This document shows, piece by piece, positions 63,679 through 64,000 of a DNA stretch of 64,000 nt. The notes beneath the pieces were generated by a model that had not been told where the DNA came from, searched no databases, and worked only from the letters and a program-made list of their open reading frames with translations. The first letter of the stretch is position 1, and each line of letters starts with the position of its first letter. A program made the position numbers and the translations under genes. The stretch comes from Mobula hypostoma (lineage: Eukaryota): the NCBI RefSeq assembly GCF_963921235.1, contig NC_086097.1:135844001-135908000 (forward strand). Reading direction: 5' to 3'.

Positions 63679-64000
63679 ACAGGACACATTGTTTCTATTG
63701 TGTGAACCTCACCAATCCATCGATTGGGACTTCTCTGATTCACCCCATTCCCCCCCCCCCACAAACCTCACTTGTATATCGTGAGGCTGGAATCAGAGGA
63801 TTGCCGATGGTAGTTTGGAGGACGTCACAGGAAAAGGGTGAATAAATCAGTGGTGGAGTTTGAGACCAAGGGTGGGAACTGAAGTTAACCTGCAGTGTTG
63901 CTAGAGTAGGTGCCAGTGAAATCTGGTGAACTCAGAGAGGGCACCTTACTTCTGCCTGGAGCTAAGTCACTTTTTCCAAGTCTCTGGTGCCACAATCGAT

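Overview
This is eukaryotic, transposon-saturated DNA. The mix of HER1-like CR1 LINEs, HE1-like V-SINEs, Rex1/Babar, Penelope and Tc1 elements suggests a cartilaginous fish, probably a ray (inference). No intact host gene is visible. Most long ORFs are retroelement or transposase remnants, their antisense shadows, or microsatellite translations. Two things stand out. (1) A Penelope-like retroelement (RT + GIY-YIG, 22462-24853) has inverted pseudo-LTRs that each carry a minimal hammerhead ribozyme. About ten short relatives, many folded back on themselves and several with 9-14 bp target-site duplications (TSDs), are scattered through the window. (2) The unique DNA between repeats from about 1 to 35.7 kb holds ordered, splice-site-flanked minus-strand exon remnants of what looks like a dead mesothelin/otoancorin/stereocilin-superfamily gene. 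Several of its exons can be rebuilt by removing inserted elements. Also present: a near-intact full-length CR1, a complete Tc1 DD34E element, a Tigger deletion derivative, a decayed Sushi-like Gypsy element, two solo LTRs, an RTE fragment and deep nesting. Family assignments come from motif recognition only, with no database search, and old-repeat boundaries are approximate.
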